A DNA stretch of 64,000 bases. It comes from Balanoglossus misakiensis. Lineage: Eukaryota > Animalia > Hemichordata. The stretch is taken from the NCBI GenBank assembly GCA_040954595.2, contig CM082596.2:62001-126000 (forward strand). Reading direction: 5' to 3'. Below are positions 12,901 through 27,900 of this stretch, piece after piece. The notes beneath the pieces were generated by a model. It made no database searches, was not told where the DNA came from, and worked only from the letters and a program-made list of their open reading frames with translations. Positions within the stretch are counted from its first letter, which is position 1, and each line of letters starts with the position of its first letter. A program made the translations under genes and the position numbers.

Positions 12901-15900
12901 CCGCTGTTGCTGTTGTTGTTGTTGTTGTTGTTGTTGTTGTAAATGCTGTCAGATGACAACCTAATCCTAATCCTTATTCTTATATTAACAACCCAATTTC
13001 TGTTCTGAATTATGCTATCTTCACTCCTGACACATCTCTTCCCTCAAAAATACTACAACCTCCCAAACAAGAACAAATACCTAATGTACCCTCTCTAACA
13101 ATTCTGTCTAATGTCATAAATGATATATTTCACAAACACAGCACATATTCAAAATGTTAACTTTGATCACAGACAGATGGATGGGTGGTTGTGTTCAGGT
13201 TATCTTAGATAAAAATAACCAAGACAACAACTGGCAGTCATAAGGCTCAAACAGTCAGGAGACGCCATCTGTATCAGTCTTGACAATCAAATTATTGGCA
13301 TTAACACATATGCTGACAGGAAGTAGCATGACAGTGATAGCTTCCTGTGAAGCCTCTCTGTCAATGTCCTAACAAATGATCTTACACAGATTATTCAGGT
13401 TGGATAATAATAGGGGCTAAGTTTACATCATGTAGACTTGCAATGAAATTTAAACTTTGGGATGTTGAGAGGCATATTTTGTCACACCTTATTTGGGGTT
13501 GACCTCTGAACTTTCATATTATTTGATTGGAAATCAATGCAATTGTACCAATAACCTCAGCAAGTCCAATGTCTTAGTAAGAAGGGCATTAGAAAAATTC
13601 TTACATTTAGTTCTCTATTCTACCGCGCCTGTGGATGTACAACTGTTGCGTTTGATGAAGATCAAGAATGGTACATGGCGCATAAGCCACAGAAATTGAA
13701 ATGGTTTTTTAGCGAACGAAATCAAAGAGGATATCCTTGACATGAGAAGACCTATCTTGAAAATCAAATTGCAATTTAGCAAATCTGCAATTCCACAGTA
13801 GTATCATACAGAGACATAAACAAGACCATTCTTACCTTCGCTGTCCATTGTGCCAAATGCTTGGTTGACTCCGAGTGTACTCATAGGAATAAGACCTTCC
13901 AATGCTGAGCAGTTATCAGCAGAAACAGATCGTACCAAGCACCAGGCTGGTTTGGAATCACACTGCTCTAAAACTTCAACTGTCTGTCCCTTCTTGACAG
14001 ATAATTCCTGGCTGGAAGAGGCGTTGTAGTCTTCTACAACAATGACAAGCTCAGTGCTTAGACGAAAATCACTAAGACGACTGTCACTTAAACGGCTTTC
14101 TGTCAAACGACTTTCGTTGAGACGGCTATCGCTGTGACGCCGGTCACCAAGACGACTTTCAATCTGTAAAAGCAGATATAAAACAGACGGATTGATTTTT
14201 GTGAAATTATGACAACAACTGTTGTTATAACTGACATCACCATTTTACAGATGACAATCATAAAATATACATGTACAGACTATTGGCAGCAACATCGAGG
14301 GATTTTTCACTGTTCCACAACCTTTCAAAAAATTCCAATTGTAATAAATTTCAGCAAATCAGACTAAGTACCTCTCTAGAGGGCGCTACTATAGGAGTAG
14401 ATTACAGATAACAAACAATTACTATAAGGCCTCTAAGTACCACATGCTATACAACCCTATATGCCAAAGTGTATCCATTAACCAGTATGGATTTCACTGG
14501 ATCTCATTGCCTCAATACTGTGTGACAGTTGTCGAAAAAATACAGAAAACTACCCATTGTGTATTGCACTTTGACCCCACACCACCTGAGCTGGCAATTT
14601 GATTTTCACTGCTTTGAACTTTTGATATGGGTCAGTAAACTTTGAAAATAGCAAGCAGCAATAGGAAGATGACCCAGGCTACATTTACACAACACTGAGG
14701 TCAAACTTTATTTTTAAAACACATGTTTTCATTTCTTAGATTTCAACATGAGCTGTTGCTGAAACTCAGATGGCTGCTACAACAGATGACAGCCACATAT
14801 TCTTACTAAAATCAAATATATTTTTCCGAAGAGATTCACAATCTTAACATGGAAAAGGTCATTCATATGCATTACATTTTCTCGTTTCATAAAAGTTGAA
14901 AAAAAGGTTCTGTTGCAAAACTAAAATTTTCTTTCAAGTTTGCAGTCCAAGACAGGACTGTTTCTGATCATTTTATTCCTTAACAATTTGCCCACTGGTA
15001 AAATGGCATTTAAATCAAAGTCTGGTAGCGAGAGGCTGGAAGTGTGCCCACATTTTGTGTTTCACATAAACTGAATCTGTAATGGCACACATCACTTTTC
15101 TAAGGAAAGGAGTAACCTCATAAGAATCATGACTCATTCACAAGTCAGACTTTCCCACCCAAAAGAATCATTGCTTTTTGTAATCACCAAGCAATCCCTG
15201 TTGAGTGCGTACAGCTATTTTGCCATATTAACAACAAAATTCACCAATTTTGCAGTTATTTTCAACTTCTCTGACACAAAAATCTCATCAGCAAAATCAA
15301 CTTGATGCTGAAATCAACACTTGTGTTTCCTACCTTTCCACTGCCAATGGTGGTACTAGTATTGATGCTTGAAACAGACGTCAAAGATCCTGCTTCCTGT
15401 TGATCCAAACGCAGATGAGGTGGCGGACGTAGTTCTAGTGAATGCTGTAATGACACTTCACTTTCTGTAAGATTCTCATCTGAGCTTGTATCTCTGATCC
15501 CAAAAAGAGACAGAGACAGACAAATATAAGAATGGATCAAGTTACCAGTCAGCCACAGTTAACACAACTCATGCCAACATTCCATCCGATCCAGTCGACT
15601 ATAAATCCAACACCAGTGGGAAGTGAATGAAATCAACAACCCACGACATGTGGTTTATATTTTTGAAATGTGAACATGCCTTCTAGATCCTTCCAGATCA
15701 GGGATCTTTTACCTAGTTTTACATACACACACATTACCATGATAACAATTGATTACATCTTTTACGTAAGTATCATTCAGTGAAGCGTAAAATGTTATCC
15801 ACAATGTATGATACATTGAGTGCTGGCCGGGAATCAACATGGATGTCGTGTCCCTATGATTCTTGGGGATGGGAATGCAAAACTGGGACACCTACGTATA

Positions 15901-18900
15901 CATAGAAACTCACGTCTCATATTACACTGTATATATATTTCATTAATTCTTGCGAAGTCTGATCTCTCTCAGAGGTTAACTTTAAATGGTATAATTCCTG
16001 TAATTTAATCTAACATTAACTAGCATAACAATCTACTTAAGTTTCATTCAAATTCATTTTTCAATATTTCTACGATGCATTCATATTTGCATCAATAATG
16101 TTTTAATTTTCATTCCTCCCCACTGGCCTTGATATACATTTGACAAAATGACATTTAAGCCTTCAACAGATTATGCAGGGTTTGGTTGATTTGCTAGTTT
16201 GAGTCGTTGCTTTGCCAAACTTTAGCACTGGTCAACTTCATGGCAATTTCTGGTCAGTCATTGAACTAAACTACACAACTGCGACACATTTCATAACATG
16301 AAGATCATTAATCCCAGTTAAACTTCACTCCAGGGAAGTTGTTTTGTGTAGGTGTAGTGATACACCTTCTAAGGCCAGTGTGGTCCCTGACATCCAGCTT
16401 CCTGTGGATCAAATTTAGTTCCATCTAATTCAGATGATATTTGGAAGCCGACAACCTACAAGACAATTACCTATGTACTGGACAGTGAGACACTGACCTT
16501 GTGGGCATCAAACTAAGGAATATTAGAATATTCAAACACTCATAGAATTATTCTAGATCCCACATGTATCTGCCACTTGGCTTGCATAAAATACATGAAG
16601 ATCAACTGTGAGTGAAGATTTGCCAACAATGAAATTCTATTTCAATGGGAAATCAGGGAAATCTTCCAAACCCAAGAGCTTGATGTGCATATTGGATGTG
16701 AAGACTCACCTCACAGCTCTTTGTGTGGCAGTCAGTCTGCTACTCTTGGTAACAAGTGTAGTCCTCTGTGGTGGTATAGTATCTTTCAAGGCTGTGAATG
16801 AAAAAGAACATTATAATTTACCTTAAATCCAAACAATTCTGGTTGGAAAGCTGGTGGTGTAATATGACCTGGGAAATTTTAATTCACAATATATTGACTT
16901 GGGTTTGTTCCAAAGCCCAGCATTACACTGACTGTAATGTTGGCTTTTACTGATTTTGAACTGAAATCTGCAGTTCTAGGTCAGTTAACCCTTAAGCATT
17001 TATCCAACAGACACTTTCCCAGACACTAATTGATGAATGTGAAATGCCCAGGTGGTAACTGTGCTGATACCAATCATGCTTGGGATGAAAACGACACCAT
17101 GCGTAGCAACTGGGGCATGGATTTTCAAGTACGTAAAGTTCCTGATTGACAAATGCACAGATGCAGCCTAATATATATATAAGTTCCCCAGATTTCCTCC
17201 ATGGGGACTCACAAAATTAAAGATGATGCTTCTCAGTATCTTTCTTTCATAAATGTGATATTCTTTATCTCCAAATAAACACAAAAATTGACATACCAGC
17301 TCGTAAATGCACTTGTCTCTCTTGAATAACTTCTCGAAGTTTCTTAACCCACTCCTGTTTGGTATCTAGGTTGGATGCCTAAAAGAAGAACAAGTCATTG
17401 TCAATGAACGATCTGAAATACATACATATTATTTTGATAAACTAGAGTGTTACTTCATGATTGATATCTGCACTAAATATTACCAAATCTTGGGTACTAA
17501 ATTCATACAGCTTTTCAAAAGGGAAAAATCTGTCTTCTGTTTGTATGTCTCAACTAGGCTGAAAAATTGTCCTGTTGCAATACAATTCTATAGATAAAAT
17601 TAAAATGAATAACATTCCAAATCAATAGACTGTAAGATATCACCCTCATGTTCACAATGACACTGGCTATCTTGTTAGAATGCCCTCACAGTCTACTGAA
17701 AGCATAAACTATCAATAGTGTTTCCATGTTCACTGTGTATCATGGAATGGCTTCTGGAGTGTGAAACAAGGAACATATTTATAATAGTAACACTCACCTT
17801 AAGTACAATTTTATTATCTGATGTTGGCTGTCTTCCAGTCCACAAGGCAAATTTACAACTGTCACCTTCTATGTGTTCAGTGATACCAAGATCAGAAGTC
17901 TGCCAATTTTAAAAACCAAAGTATTTTATCTAATGTCCAAACTTGTTTTCATAACAGTAAAAGGTAAATTATAGGTGCAATTTGACAGAAATGCAATTTT
18001 CTATAAAACGAACAAATTAATGGAATAATATGAAAATGCAACAGTACTTACATTAAGTTTACTTTTGTAGATATATTTTGATTTTCCGTTGCTGTCTTTG
18101 GCCTCTTTGCTGAATACAACAAGCATTTCAAAGAGGAAAATGTGTCGGTCTCGTCCTTTGCGGATGATCTGCTTTGGGTCCCATACTTGAAAAGAATCTT
18201 GGAGAATTACTTCACCTTGTGCTTCAAGATTTTCCTATAATTCAATGAATAAATTGCAGACTTCTAAACATGTTCAAAAATACATTAAAATTTTGTCTTT
18301 TACCACTGTTGGATCAGTTGGACCATTTTATTTTAAAAACCATACACAAATCAAAGCCATGTAACAGGCATATACTTACATCAAACCCATCTAACATGCT
18401 AAGGTGGATAGCATCATTGGCTCGTTTTGGAACTCCGAGCATCACATCTAAACCATCCTTTATTTCTCCTTTGATTTCTCCTTTGCGACCTTCACAACAT
18501 GTAAGTAGATCCTTGTATTAAAAAAAGAGAGAGAACACATGTCAAATAAACTGTGCAATGATAAATCAGCATCCAAAAAATCTGTAATTTCATTGTATGT
18601 GAAATATTGACCTTTTTCATACATTGAAATGTGCTTACAGTTATATGTTTTGAAGTGACTAAATAATACCCATCATCTACATGTCATTCTAAGCCATCCC
18701 CAATTTAAGAATGGTTGAACCCACTCACGTTCAACCAGATCTCCTCCCTTTTGTTACTATTCAAGTGGTACCATGGCAACGATTGTCATCACCAATTCAC
18801 AGAATAATTCAAAGTACTTTATTATGCTAGAAACAAGACATGCTTTAGAGAAATATTTACCAACAGTAGACAGAACAAATAACATAAAATTTAAAACATT

Positions 18901-21900
18901 TTAAGAAGGATTGATTAATTTTTGTTTGTCACATAATATATTTTTAAAACAGCAAACTGATTATAATGAAAACGCTATTTCCTAAAAGACAGATTAATAC
19001 TTATTATCATTTTATCATTAGATAATATTGAAAAGACTGATGCAATCAATTTTGTTTCTATTTTATCATTTTTACATTTTCTTGTCGCATATAATGTTGA
19101 CGTTTGGTAACTACTTGCTAAATTGAGGCAATATATGTTGTAGTTGCCACAAAAATGATTTCAAATTCATTGATGCTATACACTAATTTATAACCATGGT
19201 TTACCAAATTTTTAAAAATAAAATAAAGCAACAACAATTCAATTTGAAATATCATTCTGAAAGCAAGATGTCAGGAAAATCAGTGTTGTTTCTCTGTTAG
19301 TACATTCTCAGAAGCATAATATCTATCTGAGCATAGAGACACGTGCCTTTAATCAAAGCCATATTCAACCCACAACAAAGAAAATTGGGATTTCAACAAT
19401 TTTATTATGATCGCAGTTATTTTATAACTATATATACTACTTCTACCATACACAATTGCTTTCCATATTGCCATTAATACTTCATTTGCTTTATAGCACT
19501 ATAAAAGCCAGCCTAGTTCTGCCTTCAAATAACTCAATGTCATTACAAAATTCACTTCTTTTGCCGTTGATACCAACTTGCGTGTTACTGCTTTCTAATT
19601 GCCATTTTAATGGAAAGTATGGAATTTTATAACATAGCTTTATGTGAAATTACAGATATAAACTTATTTAAGTATTATCAGTATGAAATGAACGGGTAGA
19701 TAAGGCACAAGGTTGCTCCATTGCAATGTAGGGGTGAGCAGGTTGAACTTACCTTAAGAAGTAACTGATACTTTGTAATCCGTTGGACAGGTTTGATAAG
19801 GTAGGACTGAATAGACAGGCCTAAACCATGTCTTTTTTGCACCTCCTGCAGGTGAAAGATATAACACTTGCTTTAACAAAATATGGTTACATGAATAAGG
19901 ATTGCCTCAGGTGTCTACAGTTATCAAAGATGGTTATGTGAAGATAAAAAAGAGGAACTTGACAGGCTTGAAAGCCAGTGATTAAATTTATCATTGTGAC
20001 TATTATCAATATACCATTGCAAACCTATTATCATGTTGAAATGAACTGTGAAAGAGTGTCTTTCTGGCAATGATTTATGGTCAGGTAAAATGCGCTGCAT
20101 GGTGACGGATTGTAAAGCAATTTTTTGATGAGTGGGAATGAACATGATTAAAATGAACTTTGTTGGTTTCTAAAAAAAATACAGTCTGATAGCTAGCAGA
20201 ATACATTCTAAAAATCATCCTATTTCCAAAAATCCAAGAAGTTGCAAAACATAGTGTCCTACATTCTGTTGATCTTTCAAACCACACATTCTAGTAATAT
20301 TTTATTACACACGCAAAGCGTACACCACCACTACAGTTGTCACGACAACAGATGTGCATGGATGGAGAGGTTGAATTGATTTTACAATTAGAAAAGCGAG
20401 AAAATGAGTCAAATTCCAAGGTCACTGTAAACTGTTTTAAGGCAAGGGTCCATACAGTAAGCCAAAAAAAATAAAAATTAAAGCTGCAAGCAGCGTTGGC
20501 GGGGCACAAGCGGTTCCCATGGTGACCAGCAAATGCCACGGCTGTATCTGCTGGGGATACCAAGATATGGGAAAGTAGGTCAAAGGTCACCTGAGGTCAC
20601 CCCAAATTTGGGCAAAAAAATTGGACCCCATACTAGTCTAGATCCAACAAAAAACCAGACCCCTAGCCTTATTGGTTCGCCTGCAATTAGGTATGCACAT
20701 AATTAATGAGGTCTTGTGTAGGACTCCATTATGTGCTCGATCCCCATAAAAGCCAGGGCTCTAACTGCTCTGGATGCTGAGATATGGGAAAGTAGATCAA
20801 AGGTCACCCAAGGTCACCCAAAATTAGGGCATAAAATTTTGACCCCAGAGTGGGCCATGTCCAACCAATACCAGACCTCTAGCCCTATTGGGTAGCATGG
20901 ATTTAGATATGCAGAAAAATGATGTTTCAGAAATAGGTCAAGGGTCATTGCCAAAATTACCAAAATATTTGTGCCATGTCCTGGCAGCATTGGTACCCAT
21001 GTCCACAAAATTCATGACTGTGGTGCTTTGACAAGAGGAGGTATGGGGATTATGCATATATAATTAGTTGTTTAAAATGGGTCAAAGGTCATGTGAAAAT
21101 TGCCCCGAAAAATTGTGACAACTTCAGGTCATATGATGACTCATATCCAAAAAAAGAATTTCCATGCTGTCAACATTTTGGCTACAAAACAGAATTATCA
21201 CTTTTCAATGGTTTTCCGAATATCCAACATGGCCGCCATAATGATCGACCAATCACAGTGCGCTTCGCAAACTTGATAGACATAGGTTAGGTGACCACAT
21301 ATCCCAAATCCCGAGACTCGGTAACCGCTGGTTCTGGAGAAGAAGATTTTTAAAGTTTTAAGTAGTTTTTCAGAAAAACAATTGTAGCAAAAAAACTTTA
21401 TGTGTGACGTCATGATTTCAAGGGGTAAAATGATGGACAGAAGGTAGGCTACCTGCACACCAAATTTGAACTCGATCGGCCCAGCAGCTTTTGAGAAGGA
21501 CTCGTTTAACGATTTTCAGGAAATCCAATATGGCCGCCAGGTCACGTGACTAATTAAATATTCACGAGCCACTGCACGTCTACTCATTGGCCCCTACCAC
21601 CCTACCAAGTTTCAGCCCCCTAGGTGCAGCGGTTTCCCAGATCTACCTGGCCGAATTTCTCGGAAGAAGAAGAAGAATAATAATAATTAAAGCTGCAAGC
21701 AGCATTGTCGGGCCCAAGCGCTGATCTTGAATTACATATGCACAGTATGAATGAGAAGAAACAGAATTTTCTATCAGATGTATTATCTCATGACATAAAA
21801 GGATGTGTGTATTTTTGCTGCTGAAATAGAGTAAAGTAGGTCAAAGGTCACCTCAGGTCACCCAACATTTGGGCAAAATGTTTTGACCCATACTGGGCCA

Positions 21901-24900
21901 TGTCCAACAAAAACCAAAACTCTAGCTCTATTGGTTCACCTGTAATAAGGTATGTGCATATTTAATGAGGTCAACAGGTGTCACAGGTGACCCAAAAATG
22001 TGGCTTTACATTTTGGTCCCATCCTGCCAAATGCCAACGCTGTATCTGTTCTGGATGCTGAGATACGCGAAAATAGGTCAAAGGTCACCAGAGGTCACCC
22101 AACATTTGGGCAAAAAATTTTGATCCCATACTGGTCCATGTCCAACAAAAACCAAACCTCTAGCTCTATTGGTTCGCACGAAATTAGCTATGCACATAAT
22201 TAATGAGGTCAGCAGAGGTCAAACGGGTCATGGAAAGTAGCAAAATATTTTGATCATTCACTTATCCACATGCATCAAAAACCAAACGTCTACCCCTATA
22301 AGTTAGCCTGGAATTAGATATGCAGAAATAATAACGCGTAAAAAGTAGGTCAAAGGTCATGTGAAAAATCGACAAAAATTTGTAACATATTTTAGTCACA
22401 TGACGATTGATATCCATGAAAAGAATTTGTATGCTATCAATTTTTAGTCTAGAAAAAGGAATTTCAATTTTTCATTGCTTTTTACAAAATCAAATATGGC
22501 CGCCATAATCTTCGACCAATCACAATGCTCCTGGCAAACTTGATAGACATCAGTGTAGTGACCATACTCCCCAAATCTTGCGACTCAGTTATCGCCCGTT
22601 CTGGAGAAGAAGATTTTTGGAGTTTTACTATGGTTTTTCGAAAATCCAATATGGCCGCCATAATCTTCGACCAATCACAATGATCTTCGCAAACTTGATA
22701 GACATATGTTAGGTGACCACATACATCAAACCGCGTGACTCGGTTATCACCGGTTCTGGAGAAGAAGATTTTTGAAATTTTGAACAGATTTCAGAAAAAC
22801 AACTGTAGCAAAAAAACTGCAACATTGACAGCAAAATATCCAATCACAAAAATGACGGGCAGAAGGTAGACTACCTGCACGCCAAATCTGAAGTCGATCT
22901 GACTTGTAGTTTCTGAGATCTGAGATTTGCATTTTTTCAGAAAATCCAATATGGCCGCCATGTCACGTGACTAATTAAATATTCACAACCCACTGCACAT
23001 CTACTCATTGACCTTGACCACTGTATCAAGTTTGAGCAGTGTACCTGCAGTAGTTTCAGAGATCTCGTTGGCCGAAGAATTGACAGGAGAATAAAGAAAG
23101 AAAGAAAGAAAGAAAAATTCCAACGAAACCAATAGGGCCCAAGCGCTTGCTTGCGCTTGGGCCCTAATAAAGAAAAATTCCAACAATAACAATGGGGGCA
23201 CAAGCCGCCTGAGGGCGCTTGTGCCCCCAATTAACTGTCAAATAAAAATCAAGAGGGTAAGAGCACTGAATAATGTAAGATACATTCAAATTATATCATT
23301 TAAAGCCTATGAATGCAGAGCAGAGTGGATTGTACTGCCTTAATTTTAGTATTGCCTCGCCACATGATAGTCATTTTATGCAAAAAAAAGACCGTCAGCA
23401 AAACGACCTCCTGCCTATTGATTATTTAGCATGCCTGAACAGTAATCTGTATTTAATTCCTAAACCTAGTTGGCATTCAAATCACTAACATGGTGTTTTA
23501 AATACTGACATGGATTGTTCTCTGTAAGTGGACAAGTACTAAACCTGCTCCCTTCTTAAGTACACATTTACTACCGGGTAGTAATATTAACTCACTAAGA
23601 AATGAAATTGAAATTAGGAGTAAAAATCTTAAATTTCATCAAAACAAGACACCATATTGACTTGTTGGATTACTGTATCGAGAAAAATACGGCAGAAATC
23701 TTAGTGTAATGAAATCAGTCAAAGCATGTCTACAAAATGGATTTGAAAATATTTCCATAACAATTTATATTACCATGGCCTGTGCGTCGCATTTTAATTG
23801 GTCGAGATGAACGACGTCACTGACCACAAATACTCAGTAATGTTTTTTTACATGCCCGTCAATCCGAATAGTAATATTAGCAAACAGTTCAGTGAATACA
23901 ACATTTTTCGTAACACAAGTTCCGGGGCCCCTAGTGGGACATTTTCGTATATTTTGACGGTTTTCTTGACTTCGTTGGTAATATAATGGAAATAACCGAC
24001 TCCGTAACGTTTGTTTATGTGCGCGGGCTCGAAGAAAGCCAAAATTCATGGGCTCGGAAGCCTCGCCCATGAATTTTTGGCTTTCCCCTCACCCTTGCCT
24101 ATAAGCAAACGTTAATAGTCAGGGCGTCGTCCATTATTTCTATAGTATAAACCTGTTACTACACTGGTGTGTATCACAAAACAGCCATATTGGATCATAT
24201 TGTTATAGGAAATGACAGATCTCATTAATGGGTTTATACCATAGTAGTGCAATTACCCATGTACCACGTTTGAATTGAAACAGTTCAAGCCCGTCTGACT
24301 AATGTCTCAAGACGTTAAAATCATAAACTAAGCAAATAGCCAAGGTCCAAACAGAAATGCAGATAATCCCACTGTAATGTTGGTTTGGTACAACACACCT
24401 GCTGTATTTGGTGACAGGAATACTAAATACCCCAAAATGTGTCTTCCTTCATTGCTATGTCATACTGTCACCTTGTCATTGTGTCTACAGAATCGTTCAG
24501 AAAAGTTAATACTCAGATTTCTGAATGATACTCAGGCTTTTTTTAATATGGCATTACTATTAGTTACTGAGGCCAAACACTGGTGACTACTCTGCAAAAT
24601 TTACATGGGCCAGGGAACAAACCAACACTTCACACGCTGTACATTTTCTGATGTTTTCCAGGTGACATTGACATAAAACCTAATTCTAAATCCCTTAAAG
24701 CAAACATGGTAAGCTGTAAACTGAAAGCCTTTGGGACTATATTATTCATTATTCTCTATAAATCAATCTTTAATAAGAATAAGAACAAATCATTTCTGGA
24801 TGTAAATACCCCCTTGTGCCTTGCGGTAGAAATCGTGACAATTTTCTTCTGCCCATGTTGTCTTTCTCCTTCTTGCATTGTGACTTCTGACATTTACAAC

Positions 24901-27900
24901 TTGATAAATGCTTGATCCAGTTTGACAGCTCTGATGAATGTCTTAAACTGAGTTCATACGGGCTAGCAGACAAGTTCGTCAACTTCTAGATTTCTCAGTT
25001 TACATTTCTGATAATATCTTGAAAACTTACCATTTTTTGTCATAACTGAAAGACAGTTCTCTACTTGGGAAAGTTACCTACAGGCACTCACATTGCACGT
25101 TTGCAGGAACTAGGACTTCCTATGCTGTTACACCTGATGTAAAACACTTATTTGACTCATGGCTTTAATACAGTCACAAATCATACTCAAACTTGATAAA
25201 TGATTTAGTCTTAGGCATTTCTGATATGTGGCTCAATATTCACTGGATGCTCTGCAGTCAATATCTCATTTGCCCACACCAGAATGGCATCACTCAAACA
25301 TACTTTGACATTCGGTGAGTTTGAAACCATGTTGACATTCACATCAGGGAATATCACTGACTCCTACTCAAACCTTGTGTATTCACTGCCATCTACAAAG
25401 AATACAAATCTCACGGTTTTACCAATCTGCAAGATACCTCAGTGCTCACAGCAATGATGTACTCGGGCATGAATGGTTATGGTAACATTTTGATACAGCT
25501 CAATCAAAATGTTTCATTCATTTAATAGTAAATATTCAAAGGTGATTATGGTAATTAAAGTTTTCTTCAGATTAAAACTTTGATAGCAATTACACTATAT
25601 TATGAAATACAGTTAAACTTGCACATTCTATTTTTCCAAGGATGAATACTAACAGAAAAAAAAGGATACAGCTAAAACTTGTTAATTTCCCAAAGTCCCC
25701 CTGACCCACGTTTCTGTCTATCTGTTCAGACAGCCTGACTTGACAAATCAGTCATATATAATCTACCTAACTACTCTCTGTAAATGTTAAATTGCATCAT
25801 CCATCATACATTATGCATCCATTCCACATTTGCTAGAGTGGGGACTTTATCACACATGACCTGTGTTGTGATGGAGAATGGTTCATCACTGGAGATATGC
25901 AAATTTTCAATCCTCAGTCAGTTTCCTATTTTGTACTGCATGATTGTATAGTCACAGAGATGAAATAACAAGCTTTTCTAAAAAAAATCTTCACATTATT
26001 GACTTGATTATTGGGCCTTGATCTTATTTGTTCTCCTTTTTTCTGGCATGGTTAAACTACCATAATTCCTTAAACATTTGAAAATGGGAATGCATTGATA
26101 ATTAACATTTTTTACATCAAGCAATCTTTCAGAATAATGAAAAACTCAATTCAATGTCTTAATTTTCATCAAATTCAGTGTAATCTTGATTTCTGTCTTA
26201 ATTGCTAGAATGACCATGTCCACTATTCCTTAGCATAATTCATATTTTGAATATAATCACTATACCTTGAAAATGCACATAAATATTTCACAAATGGCCT
26301 AATTGTATTAATTTGATATTTATGTTAAAGAGTTCATAAAAAAACTGCAGTCTACTGTTCACAACACCTACAGTACAATTGAATTACATTATACTTTCAA
26401 ACATATACATCATCCAACAAGCAGGAAACCTATTTATGAAATGATGTACCTACAACTCTTGAGCAAGAGGGAGTCAATGAGAAGTAAAGTGCCTTGCTCA
26501 GGGGCACAAAATCAGGGCTTGCTTGATCATCCACTGATGTTGATTAAAATTCTCTGGCCACTACACCACAATGTATCTACAATAAACGCAACCAAATTTC
26601 GGGAGGCTATTCTTGAGATACTAGCACTTTGGCTCAATTCCCAAACTCATGAACAGACATGAAGTAAGGCTAACAGACGGAGGATAGTACACACAGGAAT
26701 ACATACTCAGCAGAAAGACATAGACCCATTTTGTACCTGCCATATGAGCATATGGGGCAAAAACTCAAATGAGCTGTTTTGATCTTCTCAAGTCAGGCTG
26801 AATACACATTATGACGTCAAGGAGATATTCTCCAGATGTGCTTTTGTAAAATGTGATGTAAGTTGACATTGAAAGTGAAAGGTCACTCTTTTTGGTTTGA
26901 TTGACAGATACATCATATTGTTCCCGAATAAAAAAAATCAATTGTAGATTAGACTTCTCAGTAGATTATGCTCATATACATTTAAGAGCAAAATATCTTG
27001 CATTTCATTTTCATAATCAATCAATTAAAAAATAAAATTCATGCGAGATTTTTATTCAAGGTTGTCAAGGAAACACTGATAATTAAAATACCACTTGAGA
27101 AACATAAGCTACCTGTGTTTTGCAAAGTGATAAAACACTGACATAGTGTAAGCTACGCAAGTTGGGAAGGCAATGCTTTAAAATATGATTTACATACTTA
27201 TTATACATTTCGCAATTCAACAAATTTGTTGATACAGATTAGTCTATTGATGACATCCCTATCAACAGAATAAATGAAATATCTATTAACTTTGTATGTT
27301 CATAAATGATAGAAAAGCAACATAGCTTTATGAGAAAAAAAATGTAAATGGTTAAACACACCAGATTAATTATATTCATAAAGGAATGACGTAAAAAATA
27401 TTTCGAACATGCGTTATTGAATAGAAAGTGAAAATGTTGCATTAAGAGAAGACTGTGGACAATTTATGTCAGTTAAATTATAACCATGTTCATTGGCCGG
27501 AAGACAAATGAAAAAAATAATATGAAAGTAATTTCTTGATTGGCTAAATATAGAGTGTTTGATGTTCCCACTAAGGGGCACATATTGATTCTGGAAGAGA
27601 TATCATTTTGGCACTTGTGAGTCTAAACAGCAAATGACATTTATAATGATTGGATATCATCGTTCAAGAAATCTTAATATCAAATTACATCACATTAATT
27701 TCTGTGTGGTGAAAACAGAATACATCAAAGAAGTGTCCATAAAATATTTTTCTTCTCAATGTGTAATGTTATGAGTTGAATGCAGTAGAATTTTATATGA
27801 ATATAAAGCATAACAAGTCACCTCTATGAATGCATACATGGACTCATGCTCTGTTTTGTTCAAAATCCTTGGGTGAAAGAACAGATTCTAAGCAATTCAC

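Noticed and set aside
20291-23230. Several ORFs and a periodic, CRISPR-like appearance
   Set aside because: These are diverged internal tandem units of HINE-like elements in a eukaryote; no constant repeat/unique spacer structure and no cas genes
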